A stretch of 37,445 nucleotides of DNA from contig JAISRX010000307.1 in assembly GCA_031273395.1 (NCBI GenBank), forward strand, positions 1 to 37,445. The letters run 5' to 3'. Shown piece by piece: positions 23,990 to 33,845 of the stretch. Source of the stretch: Bacteroidales bacterium. Its GTDB lineage: Bacteria > Bacteroidota > Bacteroidia > Bacteroidales > UBA4181. Below the pieces are notes generated by a model. It was not told the origin of the DNA and searched no databases. It saw only the letters and a program-made list of their open reading frames with translations. Within the stretch, counting starts at the first letter, position 1, and each line of letters starts with the position of its first letter. The translations under genes and the position numbers were made by a program.

Positions 23990-26900
23990 ATGCGTAAACT
24001 CCCGTTAATAAAACGATTATACGTTCTCAAACGCAGGATGTATTTGTCAGGAGTACCGTTGCGGCTGCTGACAATTTTTGTGTGCCTGCTGTTTTTTGCA
24101 AAATTAGTGGAAAAAAATATCCTTTTTCCAAAATTCAATCAGCATCATGCCGGCAAAATACAGAAAATTTTTCTCAAAAAGGAACAAAAACTCACCGCGT
24201 GCGTGGAAAAAATCAAACACTGCATCGACACTTCACATCCCGATTCCTGTTTTATCCGCTTCCACAATGCCCTGAATGAAATTTCCAAAGAAGGACTGTA
24301 CTGTTTTGTGTACCGGAACGACAGTCTTCAATACTGGTCAAGCAAGGACGTACCGGCAGCGCTCCTGTACCGGCAATCGGAATTTGACAAACCATACATC
24401 GGCATCATCCCCTATAACGGCATCAACAAATGCCGTTATGCCTCTTTTGTCCATACCTGGAAGGAGTACAAAATCGTGGGGCTGATTCTGATCAAGAACA
24501 TCTATACCGATGAAAACAAATATCTGCAAACAGCATTTCAGGAGGACTTCGGGCTGCCTTCCAACATCAAGATTTTTCCGGAGATGAAACCCGGCTATTT
24601 CCCGATCTGCGACAGCAAGGGGCAGTTCATCTGGGCGCTGATTTTCGACGACACCTGCCATTACCGCTACCAGACATGGGTGCCAGCCGTTACCTATTTC
24701 CTTGCAATTCTCGTGTTTTTTCTGCTGATTGACGCTCTTTTCCGGAGGATACGAAAGGCGCGCCTGAAAAATTGCTGTCTCCCGTTTGTCACTGTCGCCC
24801 TGGTCATGTTGCGCTACCTGATGCAACAGTGGAGGATGCCTTCCTATTTTTATGAAGTGGAGATATTCTCCCCCGTGTATTTCGCCTCCGAATGGTTTCC
24901 TTCGCTGGGCGACCTGATGCTGTGGAGCATTTTTACCTGTTTTATCGTTGTCGAAATTTACCGTCACTTTCGCTTTCCCGCTTCCTGCGAACACCGGTGG
25001 AAATATTTTCTGTCCGTGGTCATCCTGCTGTTCGCTGCGGTGTGCTGTTTTTTTGCAAGCGGCTGGCTCATCAAAACGCTGGTGATCAACTCCACCGACA
25101 TGTTCGAGGGACCAAACCATACCATACTGCTCAACAGCTACAGTTTTCTGGGATATGTGATTATTCTGCTGTGGATGCTTGCATGTTTCCTGCTGCTGGA
25201 CAAAACGCTGATATGTTGCAGGCGCGATATGAGGCTCCACCGGTTTTTCATCCTGTACGTGATCATCCTTTCGGTGGAGGTAACCGTCTGTTTGCTTGCC
25301 GGATGGTATATAAGCAGCTTTTCCGTCGCCATACTTTCCGCCATGATGCTGATCATGGGAACTATCCGCCTGAAACAGTCCGTCAAATACGGATATTCCC
25401 ATTTCATCCTGCTGGTGTTCATTCTTTCCATATACGCCACGGTGCATATCAGCCGGTTCAGCGTGATCAAGTATGACGATCAGAAAAAGGTCATCATCAC
25501 CAACCTTGCCACCTCCCACGACCTGACAAGCGAATTTCTTCTTCGCGACATTTCCGAAAGGATCATTGCCGATACCGCCTTAACGGAGATCATGTATGAA
25601 CGCGATCAGGAAAAAATCACGGATTACATCAAAAGGGCTTATTTCTACAATCCGTACTGGAATACCTACCAAAACTACCAGTGCGTGGTGTGCGGCGAAC
25701 GCGATTCGCTGAACGTATCCGGCGAAAGGATCCCTTCCTGTGTGAATTTTTTCAGGAAAAATATTGAAAAGGACGGGACGCAACTGCCCCGGTCGCAGTT
25801 CTATTACATCAACCGGCAGCAAACCGACGCATACGCTTCCTATCTGGGCTGGTTCAGGAAAGAAAAGGAAAACGCCCCGCCGCTGCATCTTTTCATCGAA
25901 GTGTGGATAGGAGGCGGAACGGACATCGGCTACCCGGAATTGCTGCTGGACAACCGCGCGGGCAAAGAAAACAACCTGAAGGGATATTCCCATGCGCGAT
26001 ACCGCAACAACAGACGCATCAGCCAGTCGGGGATATATAACTACAATTTGAGCGGCGACATCTTCCGCCATCCCGATCAGGGAGACTACCACACCGTGAT
26101 TGCCGACGAAATGGAGCATCTGGTATATTCCCCCGACAAGTCAAACATGATAGTGCTGAGCTCGTATGCGCCCAAATATGTCGATTTCATCATCAATTTT
26201 TCCTATATTTTCATCCTTTCTTTCCTGATCGTATCCGTAGGCACGCTGCTGTTCCGGCTGCCGGTAAAACACGTCTTCCGCTGGAGCCTGCGCAACAGGA
26301 TACAGTATTCGATGATCATCAGCATCATTGCATCGTTCGGAATCATAGGAATATATACCGTATTTTATATCAACCGGCAGTATCAGGACAAAAACAACGA
26401 CCTGATCAATGAAAAAATGCAGTCCGTTTACAAGGAACTCCTGAACGTGATACTGCTCCAGATGGGGCATAACGAACACTGGACGGAAAACAGGGACGAA
26501 CTGACCGTGTGGCTGATGGACATGCGGAACATGTTTTTTACGGACATCAATCTTTTTGACGTAAACGGGAGCCTGATAGCCAGCTCCGTACCCGATGTTT
26601 TCAACAAGGGACTTGTCAGCAGGCAGATCAATCCGGACGCCTTCATCAAGCTCACTTTCGGGCAGCGAGCCTCCATACTGGAAAAGGAAGCGATCGGCGG
26701 TTTGAAATACATCTCTGCCTACGAACCGTTTGTGGACAACAACAACAATGTGATCGCCTTCCTGAACCTGCCCTATTTCACGCAGCAGGACGACCTTACG
26801 GAAGAAATATCCAGTCTGGTGCTGGCGATCACCAATTTCTACATGATCATCATCCTGCTGACGGTGATCATTTCGGTGGTGGTGAGCAACCAGATTACCC

Positions 26901-27748
26901 ATCCGCTGATCCTTTTGCAGGAAAAATTCCGGAACATCAAGCTGGGGGAAAAAAACGAACCGATCCGCTACGGTAAAAACGACGAAATCGGAAATCTGGT
27001 AAAGGAATACAACCGCGCCATAGAGGAACTCGCCCGCAGCGCCAGCCGTCTGGCACGTTCGGAACGCGAATCGGCGTGGCGCGAAATGGCAAAGCAGATA
27101 GCCCACGAAATCAACAACCCGCTTACTCCCATGAAGCTCAGCATACAGCACCTTAAACGGGCATGGGACAACCAGTCCGAACGCTTCGGAGAGTACATGG
27201 AAAAAATCTCCCATTCGCTGATCGAACAGATTGACACCATGTCGTCCATCGCTACCGAATTTTCCAACTTTGCCAAGATGCCCTCCGTACACAACCGGCA
27301 ACTGAACCTCATCACCCGGATCAACGACGTGGTGCCGCTTTTTGCTACGGGCGACAACAAGCGCGCTTTCCACACCAACTACCACGGTTTGTCCGAAGCT
27401 TTGATATATGCCGACAAGGAGCAAATATCGCGGGTGTTTATCAACCTGTTCAAAAACGCCCTGCAAGCCATTCCCAAAGAGCGGGAAGCCAGCATCCACG
27501 TCGACGTGCTGAAGCTGAACAGAATGGTGTGGATACGGATCAAGGACAACGGGACGGGCATCCCCGAAAACATGCAGGAAAAGATTTTCCAGCCGAATTT
27601 TACCACAAAGTCAAGCGGCATGGGCGTAGGGCTGACCATTGTCCGGAACATCATCGAGAGCGCCGGAGGAACCATCAGCTTCCGAACAAAAAACGGGGAA
27701 GGCACCACCTTTATCATCAGCCTGCCTTCTGTGGAAAATGAAGAATAA
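23990..27748 (+). CDS. Very large polytopic sensor histidine kinase (two multi-TM blocks, large intervening domains, HAMP, HisKA, HATPase_c)
   Basis: HAMP NQITHPLILLQEKFRNI...EIGNLVKEYNRAIEEL, H-box AKQIAHEINNPLTPM, N-box FKNALQA, G-boxes KDNGTGIP and GMGVGL. The start is placed at the ATG at 23990; the ORF-track start is a TTG at 23978. Confidence 0.9.
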   Translation: MRKLPLIKRLYVLKRRMYLSGVPLRLLTIFVCLLFFAKLVEKNILFPKFNQHHAGKIQKIFLKKEQKLTACVEKIKHCIDTSHPDSCFIRFHNALNEISKEGLYCFVYRNDSLQYWSSKDVPAALLYRQSEFDKPYIGIIPYNGINKCRYASFVHTWKEYKIVGLILIKNIYTDENKYLQTAFQEDFGLPSNIKIFPEMKPGYFPICDSKGQFIWALIFDDTCHYRYQTWVPAVTYFLAILVFFLLIDALFRRIRKARLKNCCLPFVTVALVMLRYLMQQWRMPSYFYEVEIFSPVYFASEWFPSLGDLMLWSIFTCFIVVEIYRHFRFPASCEHRWKYFLSVVILLFAAVCCFFASGWLIKTLVINSTDMFEGPNHTILLNSYSFLGYVIILLWMLACFLLLDKTLICCRRDMRLHRFFILYVIILSVEVTVCLLAGWYISSFSVAILSAMMLIMGTIRLKQSVKYGYSHFILLVFILSIYATVHISRFSVIKYDDQKKVIITNLATSHDLTSEFLLRDISERIIADTALTEIMYERDQEKITDYIKRAYFYNPYWNTYQNYQCVVCGERDSLNVSGERIPSCVNFFRKNIEKDGTQLPRSQFYYINRQQTDAYASYLGWFRKEKENAPPLHLFIEVWIGGGTDIGYPELLLDNRAGKENNLKGYSHARYRNNRRISQSGIYNYNLSGDIFRHPDQGDYHTVIADEMEHLVYSPDKSNMIVLSSYAPKYVDFIINFSYIFILSFLIVSVGTLLFRLPVKHVFRWSLRNRIQYSMIISIIASFGIIGIYTVFYINRQYQDKNNDLINEKMQSVYKELLNVILLQMGHNEHWTENRDELTVWLMDMRNMFFTDINLFDVNGSLIASSVPDVFNKGLVSRQINPDAFIKLTFGQRASILEKEAIGGLKYISAYEPFVDNNNNVIAFLNLPYFTQQDDLTEEISSLVLAITNFYMIIILLTVIISVVVSNQITHPLILLQEKFRNIKLGEKNEPIRYGKNDEIGNLVKEYNRAIEELARSASRLARSERESAWREMAKQIAHEINNPLTPMKLSIQHLKRAWDNQSERFGEYMEKISHSLIEQIDTMSSIATEFSNFAKMPSVHNRQLNLITRINDVVPLFATGDNKRAFHTNYHGLSEALIYADKEQISRVFINLFKNALQAIPKEREASIHVDVLKLNRMVWIRIKDNGTGIPENMQEKIFQPNFTTKSSGMGVGLTIVRNIIESAGGTISFRTKNGEGTTFIISLPSVENEE

Positions 27749-27757
27749 ATCGCGGGA

Positions 27758-28498
27758 TCAGCCTTCCATCCTTTCTATGATGTCGTCGGTGACTTCCATG
27801 TTGTGGAACACGTTTTGCACGTCGTCGTCCTCCTCAAACATTTCGATGATTTTCAGCACCTTTACCCCGTCTTCGGGATCAATCGTCTTGGTTTCGGCGG
27901 GTATCCGCTGCAATTCGGCATTTTCGGCTTCAACGCCGAGTTCTTCAAGCCGTTTTTGCACGGGCGCAAACCCTTCGAGGGAGGTGGTGATCACAAACAC
28001 ATCGTCCTGTACTTCAAAATCGTCCACTCCCGCGTCAATGATTTCCAGTTGCAGGTCGTCGGCGTCCAGCGTTCCTTTCGGCACGGTAATGATCCCCTTG
28101 CGCTCGAACATGAACGCCACCGATCCGTTGGTGCCGAGGCTGCCGCCGCGTTTGTTGAAGACGGCGCGGATGTTGCCCAGCGTGCGCTGGGTATTGTCGG
28201 TCAGGCACTCGATGAAGACCGCAATGCCGTGCGGGGCGTAGCCTTCGTAGGTAACTTCCTGCAAGGCTTCCGTATCCTTGGCTTTGCTCAACGCCCGCGT
28301 GATGTTCTCCTTGGGCATGTTGGCGCCGCGCGCATTGTTGAGCGCCAGACGCAAACGGGCATTACCTTCCGGGTCGGCGCCGCCTTCCTTCACGGCTACA
28401 TTGATTTCCTTGATGATGCGGGAGAATATCTTGGACCGTTTTTGATCCAGCGCCCCCTTTTTCCTTTTAATGGTTGACCATTTACTGTGTCCTGACAT
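27758..28498 (-). CDS. yebC: YebC/PmpR family DNA-binding transcriptional regulator
   Basis: MSGHSKWSTIKRKKGALDQKRSKIFSR... is the canonical N-terminus. 246 aa. Confidence 0.93.
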   Translation of the reverse strand: MSGHSKWSTIKRKKGALDQKRSKIFSRIIKEINVAVKEGGADPEGNARLRLALNNARGANMPKENITRALSKAKDTEALQEVTYEGYAPHGIAVFIECLTDNTQRTLGNIRAVFNKRGGSLGTNGSVAFMFERKGIITVPKGTLDADDLQLEIIDAGVDDFEVQDDVFVITTSLEGFAPVQKRLEELGVEAENAELQRIPAETKTIDPEDGVKVLKIIEMFEEDDDVQNVFHNMEVTDDIIERMEG

Positions 28499-28522
28499 AT
28501 ATGAATGATAAGTTTAACGGCG

Positions 28523-28530
28523 CAAAATTA
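28523..28530 (-). promoter_or_regulatory. -7 box TAATTTTG upstream of yebC
   Basis: Plus strand CAAAATTA, 25 nt upstream of the ATG at 28498. Confidence 0.45.
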
Positions 28531-28601
28531 TAATAATCGATGTAATAAATATCCCTGTCCGAATTTTTTTTTGTAGTATTGCACTTCAAAATGATGAGCC
28601 G

Positions 28602-29216
28602 ATGCACAATAAAAAATACTCTTCCACATTTGGTCGTTTGCCTGTTACGGAACATAACGCTTTTCCGCCTCCCGAATCGACAAAGAGCATGTCGCTGGAG
28701 GAATTATACCGGATGTATTATCCCAGACTGGCTACCTATGCATCATTTTTTTTGACGAACGACGAAGCCCATGATGCGGTACAGGAAGTTTTTTTGAACC
28801 TGCTGGAAAAAAACGGCAAAACATTCGATGCAACCATTAACGCCTATCTGTACCGGGCGGTACAGAACAAGTGCATAGACATCATCAGGCGCCGGACGGT
28901 CAGAAATCAGTATGCCTCCGACATGGGAAAAAAAATGCTGCAAATGGAGATGGAATATCTTTATACGTCGCGCAACGAGATAGAAGACCTTTTACAGTCG
29001 AAAGAACTGCGCGAAGCGATAGAGAGCGCCGTTAAAACGCTTCCCCCGAAAGGAAAGGAAGTGTTCCGACTGTATTTTGAACACCGGAAAACAGCCGGGG
29101 AAATCGGAAACATCCTGAAAATATCTGTCAGTACGGTGGAAAATCATATTTACTCCTGTATCAAGTCATTGAGAAAAAAACTGGAATTTTTTTATAAAAA
29201 CTACAAATCGGAATAG
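28602..29216 (+). CDS. ECF-type RNA polymerase sigma-70 family factor
   Basis: Region 2 (YYPRLATYASFFL...AHDAVQEVFLNL, YLYRAVQNKCID) and region 4 (LPPKGKEVFRLYFEHRKTAGEIGNILKISVSTVENHIY). The start is the ATG at 28602 or 28689. Confidence 0.88.
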   Translation: MHNKKYSSTFGRLPVTEHNAFPPPESTKSMSLEELYRMYYPRLATYASFFLTNDEAHDAVQEVFLNLLEKNGKTFDATINAYLYRAVQNKCIDIIRRRTVRNQYASDMGKKMLQMEMEYLYTSRNEIEDLLQSKELREAIESAVKTLPPKGKEVFRLYFEHRKTAGEIGNILKISVSTVENHIYSCIKSLRKKLEFFYKNYKSE

Positions 29217-29261
29217 GTACTTTTCGCCCTTCGCCCGAATTATAAGTATAGCAGATGCAGT

Positions 29262-30266
29262 ATGGATCATTTGGACGAAAAATTAATCGAAAGATATTTA
29301 GCCGGCAGTTGTTCCGAAGAAGAAATGGAGCAAATTCTCGAATGGCTGAATGTATCGGAAGCCAACCGCAGGGAGTGGATGGCTTTTCGGATGCTTCCGG
29401 CAAAGGAAGGATTTGCCCGTTTTTCCGGGGAAGGACACGTCAGCCGTTCGTATCGCGAAGTGCTTTCCGGATACCTCTCGCGCCGGACGCTCGAAAAGGA
29501 AATCACGCGGAAGGTCACCCTGCGGCTCATGCGGTATGCGGCAAGCATTCTTTTGCTGGCAGGCATGTCACTGGGCACATATCGGTACGTTTCCGGAAGG
29601 CTCCATCCCGAAATGCTGACGGTTGCCGTCGGTTGGGACGAGCCGGTGCGGCAGGTGACGCTGGACGACAGCACCCGCGTGTGGCTCTCGGCAAACAGCC
29701 GGATGGAGTACCCGAAACGCTTTGCGGGAAAACAGAGAACCGTGTCGCTGGAAGGCAAGGCGTTTTTTGAAGTGACCAGAGACGCGGCGCATCCGTTTCT
29801 GGTGAAGACGGACGCATACACGGTGGAAGTGCTGGGAACCTCCTTTGAAGTCCTTGCTTCCGGAGACGGGAGAATATCGGAAGTGGTGCTGGTAGACGGG
29901 TCGGTGGAAATATTGGACAGCCGCCGGGCGCCCCTCTGCGTGTTGCAGCCAGGGCAGCAGTTCGCGCTCGACAGGCGGAGCAGGCAATTTACCGTGAAGG
30001 AGGTCGGCATTGCCCGGTATGTGGACTGGCGCGAAGGAAAGTTTGAATTTGACGGCATGACGCTTGCGGAAATCATCCGGGCGCTGGAACGGCACTACAA
30101 CGTGCAACTGGTCATCGGGGAAGGGGTCGATCTGCAGCAGCGGCTGGTGGGATCGCTAAATCTGGAAAGGGACGTCGACGAGATGATGAGGATCATCGGG
30201 ACGGTGATCCCCGTTAAATGCACCGTGCAGAACAAGACCGTCGTATATATGGACAGCAGCAAGTAA
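29262..30266 (+). CDS. FecR-family anti-sigma factor
   Basis: N-terminal LIERYLAGSCSEEE, a single TM segment (ASILLLAGMSLG), and a FecR core (LDDSTRVWLSANSRMEYP...VSLEGKAFFEV). Confidence 0.88.
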   Translation: MDHLDEKLIERYLAGSCSEEEMEQILEWLNVSEANRREWMAFRMLPAKEGFARFSGEGHVSRSYREVLSGYLSRRTLEKEITRKVTLRLMRYAASILLLAGMSLGTYRYVSGRLHPEMLTVAVGWDEPVRQVTLDDSTRVWLSANSRMEYPKRFAGKQRTVSLEGKAFFEVTRDAAHPFLVKTDAYTVEVLGTSFEVLASGDGRISEVVLVDGSVEILDSRRAPLCVLQPGQQFALDRRSRQFTVKEVGIARYVDWREGKFEFDGMTLAEIIRALERHYNVQLVIGEGVDLQQRLVGSLNLERDVDEMMRIIGTVIPVKCTVQNKTVVYMDSSK

Positions 30267-30403
30267 TCACCTTTTCATCCCAACGCCTATGTAACCGATA
30301 CCCCCGTCAAATAAAAAAAGCAGAAGAAAAGCGGCAACTTCTCTCCTGCCGAAAAGTAATTTACCCTTAAACGTAATTAAGTAATAAAAAACTCGACAAA
30401 GCT

Positions 30404-33400
30404 ATGGTTTTTTTTGAGATAAATGTACTCGTCAGTTGTAAAATTATACAAAAAATACGAGCAAATATATTTTATATGCTGTTTCCGGCACTGGCAATCC
30501 TTTGTATGAACGGATACGCGCAGCCTGTCCGCTTGAGCCTGAAATCGAACAATGCAAATTTAAAAGAGGTGATCACGGAAATCAAAAAGCAGACGGAATT
30601 TGATTTTCTGTACAGCAAGGATATAGAATCGCTCTATTCGAGCGGCGACATTGCGGTGGAAAGCGGTAGCATGGAAGAGGTTTTGAACGGGCTGTTCCGC
30701 AACAGCCGGATACGGTATCAAATCATCAACAAAACGATTATCCTGACGGCTGCCGAACCTGCCGCGCCTGCCGCCGAAATCCCTGCCGCTGCTAAAAGGC
30801 AGGAAATTACCGTTTCCGGAACCATTACCGACGCGCAGGGAAACGAGATGCCGGGAGTGAACGTCGTGGTGAAAGGCGCTCTCCGCGGCGTGGTGTCCGA
30901 TGCGCGCGGAAAGTATTCCGTTACCGTGCCGGACAGGGAGGCGGTGCTGGTATTTTCCTTCGTGGGATACGCCTCGCGGGAAATAGCCGTCGGCGAGCGT
31001 ACCGTGCTGGACGTTGCCCTGGAGGAAGCCGCGCAGGAGATGGAGGAAGTGGTGGTGGTAGGCTACGGCGTGCAGAACCGAAAAACGCTGACCGGCTCCG
31101 TGTCGGTGGTGGACATGAGCAACGTGGAAGCGCGCTCCAAGTCCACCGTTGCGCAGGCATTGCAGGGAAAGGCTGCCGGGCTTCGCGTGAAGCAACAGTC
31201 CGCTCAGGCAGGCGGTGGCGCTTCCTTCAGGATACGCGGGGAAGCCTCCATCAACGCAGGCAACGACCCGCTGATTGTCCTCGACGGTGTGCCGCTCTCC
31301 GCCAACGGGGTGATCAACATGAGCCACCAGCAGTCATTCAGGGACGCCGGCGCCACCGATAACCTGCTGGAGGCGATCAACCCGGAGGACATCGAATCAA
31401 TCACCGTACTCAAGGATGCCGCCTCCACCGCCATTTACGGAGCGCGCGCAGGACACGGCGTGATACTTGTCACCACCAAACGCGGGAAAAACGACCGCCT
31501 TGAGGTGACTTACTCCGGAAACCTGACCGTGCAGACTATCGCAAAAAACTACGAGGTACTCAACCCCGGACAGTACAGGGAAATCCTCAACAAATACGCC
31601 TTCGAGGAATATCTGAGGAAATACGGGCTGGATATTTACCGTGGCTATGTGGAAACGCCCGCCAAGATACCCGACTACAAAAAACCATTTACTGACGAAG
31701 AGGTAGCCGGAGCGGTCGGCGCCGACTGGATAGGGGAAGTAACGCAGCCCGTCGCCATGCTGCACCAGCACAATCTTTCGGTGTCGGGAGGCAGCGCGTC
31801 CGGGAAGTATCTCGTGTCGGGCAACTGGATGAAGCAGGACGGGGTGGTGAAAAACAACGGAACCGAGCGGCTTACCGTGCGCGCCAATCTGGACAGGGAA
31901 CTCGGCAAGTACGTCTCCGCGGGGCTTACCGCCACCTACTCCCGCAACAAGTACGACAACGTGCCTATCCGCGACGGCGAGTACAACCTCGCGGGCGTCC
32001 TGCAGTCAGCCGCCAAATTTAACCCCACCTTGCCCGTGCGCGACGAAAACGGCAACTACACCATCGACCCCGCGCGCTCCATTTCGCCCAACCCCGTGTC
32101 GCTGCTCGAAATCACCGACGTCACCGTCAAGGACAGGGTGATCGGTTCGGCATACTTCGCGGCGAAACCCGTCGACGGGCTGGAAGTGAAAGTACAGGCG
32201 GGAGCTGACCGCCGTTTCCAGAAGCGCGGCAGCTATTTCCCCAAAACTACCAAGCTGGGAATGGATTCCAACGGCGAAGCCTACATCGGCAACATGGACG
32301 AGGCAATATACCTCGCCGACGCGCTGGCTACCTACGCCAAAACCTTCGGCAACCACCGCCTGAAGCTGCTTGCCGGATACTCCTACCAGCTCTTTGAAGG
32401 AGAAAACGCCAACATGGGCAACAGGGATTTCCTGATAGACGGGTTCCTGTACCACAACATCGGCGCGGGGGAATTTTCCAGACCCAACGTGTCGTCCGCC
32501 GCATGGAAAAGCTCCATCGCTTCCGTGTTCGGGCGCATCAACTACGAGTACATGAACCGCTACCTGCTGGAAATGTCCTTCCGCCGCGACGGATCATCCA
32601 ACTTTACGTCCGAAAACCGCTGGGGCTTCTTCCCGTCGGCGGCGGCGGCATGGATCATCAGCGAAGAACCCTTCATGGAAGCGGCGCGCGGATGGCTCTC
32701 CATGCTCAAGGTCAGGGCTTCCTACGGCGAAACGGGGAACTACAACGTAGGGTACCACATCAGGGATTACTTCGGCGTTTCGAGCAAGGTGTACATACTG
32801 GGGGGAAACATTGTGGGCGGGGTGGCTACCTCCGAAATAGGCAACCCGCAACTGACGTGGGAAACCACCGGCGAATGGAACCTCGGACTCAATCTGGGCT
32901 TCCTGAACAACAGGATCATGGTAGCCGCCGAATATTTCAACCGCCAGATCCGCGACCTGCTCGACGCGCAGCCCATCATGTCCTATTTTGAAGTAACATC
33001 GATATGGGCGAACATCGGCAAAACGCAAAGCAAGGGATTTGAACTTACCGTGAACTCCGTGAATTACGACCGCCGCCATTTCGGGTGGACTTCCGCCCTC
33101 ACCCTTTCCCGCTACGAAGACCGCTGGAAGGAACGCTCGCCCTACTGGAAGCCTAAGCCCTACGAGCGGGAGGACGATTACATCCGTTCCGTGTGGCGCT
33201 ACCGCTCGCTGGGTATCATGCAGCCGGGCGAGGAGGCGCCACCGCACCAGACGGGACTCATCCCCGGAATGGTGCGCCTCGAAAACCGCAACGAGGGAGC
33301 GCCCGTGGATGCCGAAGGCAACGACACCGGACGGAACTACACCCTCGGCGAAGAAGACATGGTATTCCGGGGAACCACCGATCCCCAACTGGTTTTCGGG

Positions 33401-33832
33401 TTAAACAACACACTCCGCTACAGGCGCTTCGATCTCAACGTGTATTTCTACGGGGAAACCGGGATGACACGCGAAGGTTCCTACAAGGACGCATGGTCGC
33501 AGGTGTACGGAGCGGAAAACGTCACCACCTTTGTTTACGAAACCTTCACGCACGACCACACGGACGCCCCACGACCCAGCATACTCGGAAAAGGCTCCTC
33601 CGTGGGCGATTTCTACATCGCGAAAGGCTACTTTGTCCGCTGCGGGAACATCCGCCTCGGCTACCACATACCCCTCAGCCGCCGGATAGCGCAAAGCTGC
33701 TACGCATACCTCAATACGGACAACCCTTTCGTGATCACCAACTGGACGGGGCTGGACCCCGAAACCGACAACATTTCCTTCCCCTACCCCAACGTGAGAA
33801 GCTATAGCGTCGGGTTGAACGTCACATTTTAA
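30404..33832 (+). CDS. SusC/RagA-family TonB-dependent transporter with an N-terminal STN signalling domain and a CarbopepD_reg-like domain
   Basis: STN-like LKEVITEIKKQTEFDFLY, TVSGTITDAQGNEMPGVNVVVKG, plug ITVLKDAASTAIYGARAGHGVILVTTKRG, C-terminal SYSVGLNVTF. The alternative start is the ATG at 30476. Confidence 0.93.
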   Translation: MVFFEINVLVSCKIIQKIRANIFYMLFPALAILCMNGYAQPVRLSLKSNNANLKEVITEIKKQTEFDFLYSKDIESLYSSGDIAVESGSMEEVLNGLFRNSRIRYQIINKTIILTAAEPAAPAAEIPAAAKRQEITVSGTITDAQGNEMPGVNVVVKGALRGVVSDARGKYSVTVPDREAVLVFSFVGYASREIAVGERTVLDVALEEAAQEMEEVVVVGYGVQNRKTLTGSVSVVDMSNVEARSKSTVAQALQGKAAGLRVKQQSAQAGGGASFRIRGEASINAGNDPLIVLDGVPLSANGVINMSHQQSFRDAGATDNLLEAINPEDIESITVLKDAASTAIYGARAGHGVILVTTKRGKNDRLEVTYSGNLTVQTIAKNYEVLNPGQYREILNKYAFEEYLRKYGLDIYRGYVETPAKIPDYKKPFTDEEVAGAVGADWIGEVTQPVAMLHQHNLSVSGGSASGKYLVSGNWMKQDGVVKNNGTERLTVRANLDRELGKYVSAGLTATYSRNKYDNVPIRDGEYNLAGVLQSAAKFNPTLPVRDENGNYTIDPARSISPNPVSLLEITDVTVKDRVIGSAYFAAKPVDGLEVKVQAGADRRFQKRGSYFPKTTKLGMDSNGEAYIGNMDEAIYLADALATYAKTFGNHRLKLLAGYSYQLFEGENANMGNRDFLIDGFLYHNIGAGEFSRPNVSSAAWKSSIASVFGRINYEYMNRYLLEMSFRRDGSSNFTSENRWGFFPSAAAAWIISEEPFMEAARGWLSMLKVRASYGETGNYNVGYHIRDYFGVSSKVYILGGNIVGGVATSEIGNPQLTWETTGEWNLGLNLGFLNNRIMVAAEYFNRQIRDLLDAQPIMSYFEVTSIWANIGKTQSKGFELTVNSVNYDRRHFGWTSALTLSRYEDRWKERSPYWKPKPYEREDDYIRSVWRYRSLGIMQPGEEAPPHQTGLIPGMVRLENRNEGAPVDAEGNDTGRNYTLGEEDMVFRGTTDPQLVFGLNNTLRYRRFDLNVYFYGETGMTREGSYKDAWSQVYGAENVTTFVYETFTHDHTDAPRPSILGKGSSVGDFYIAKGYFVRCGNIRLGYHIPLSRRIAQSCYAYLNTDNPFVITNWTGLDPETDNISFPYPNVRSYSVGLNVTF

Positions 33833-33845
33833 TACAAGGTAAAAC

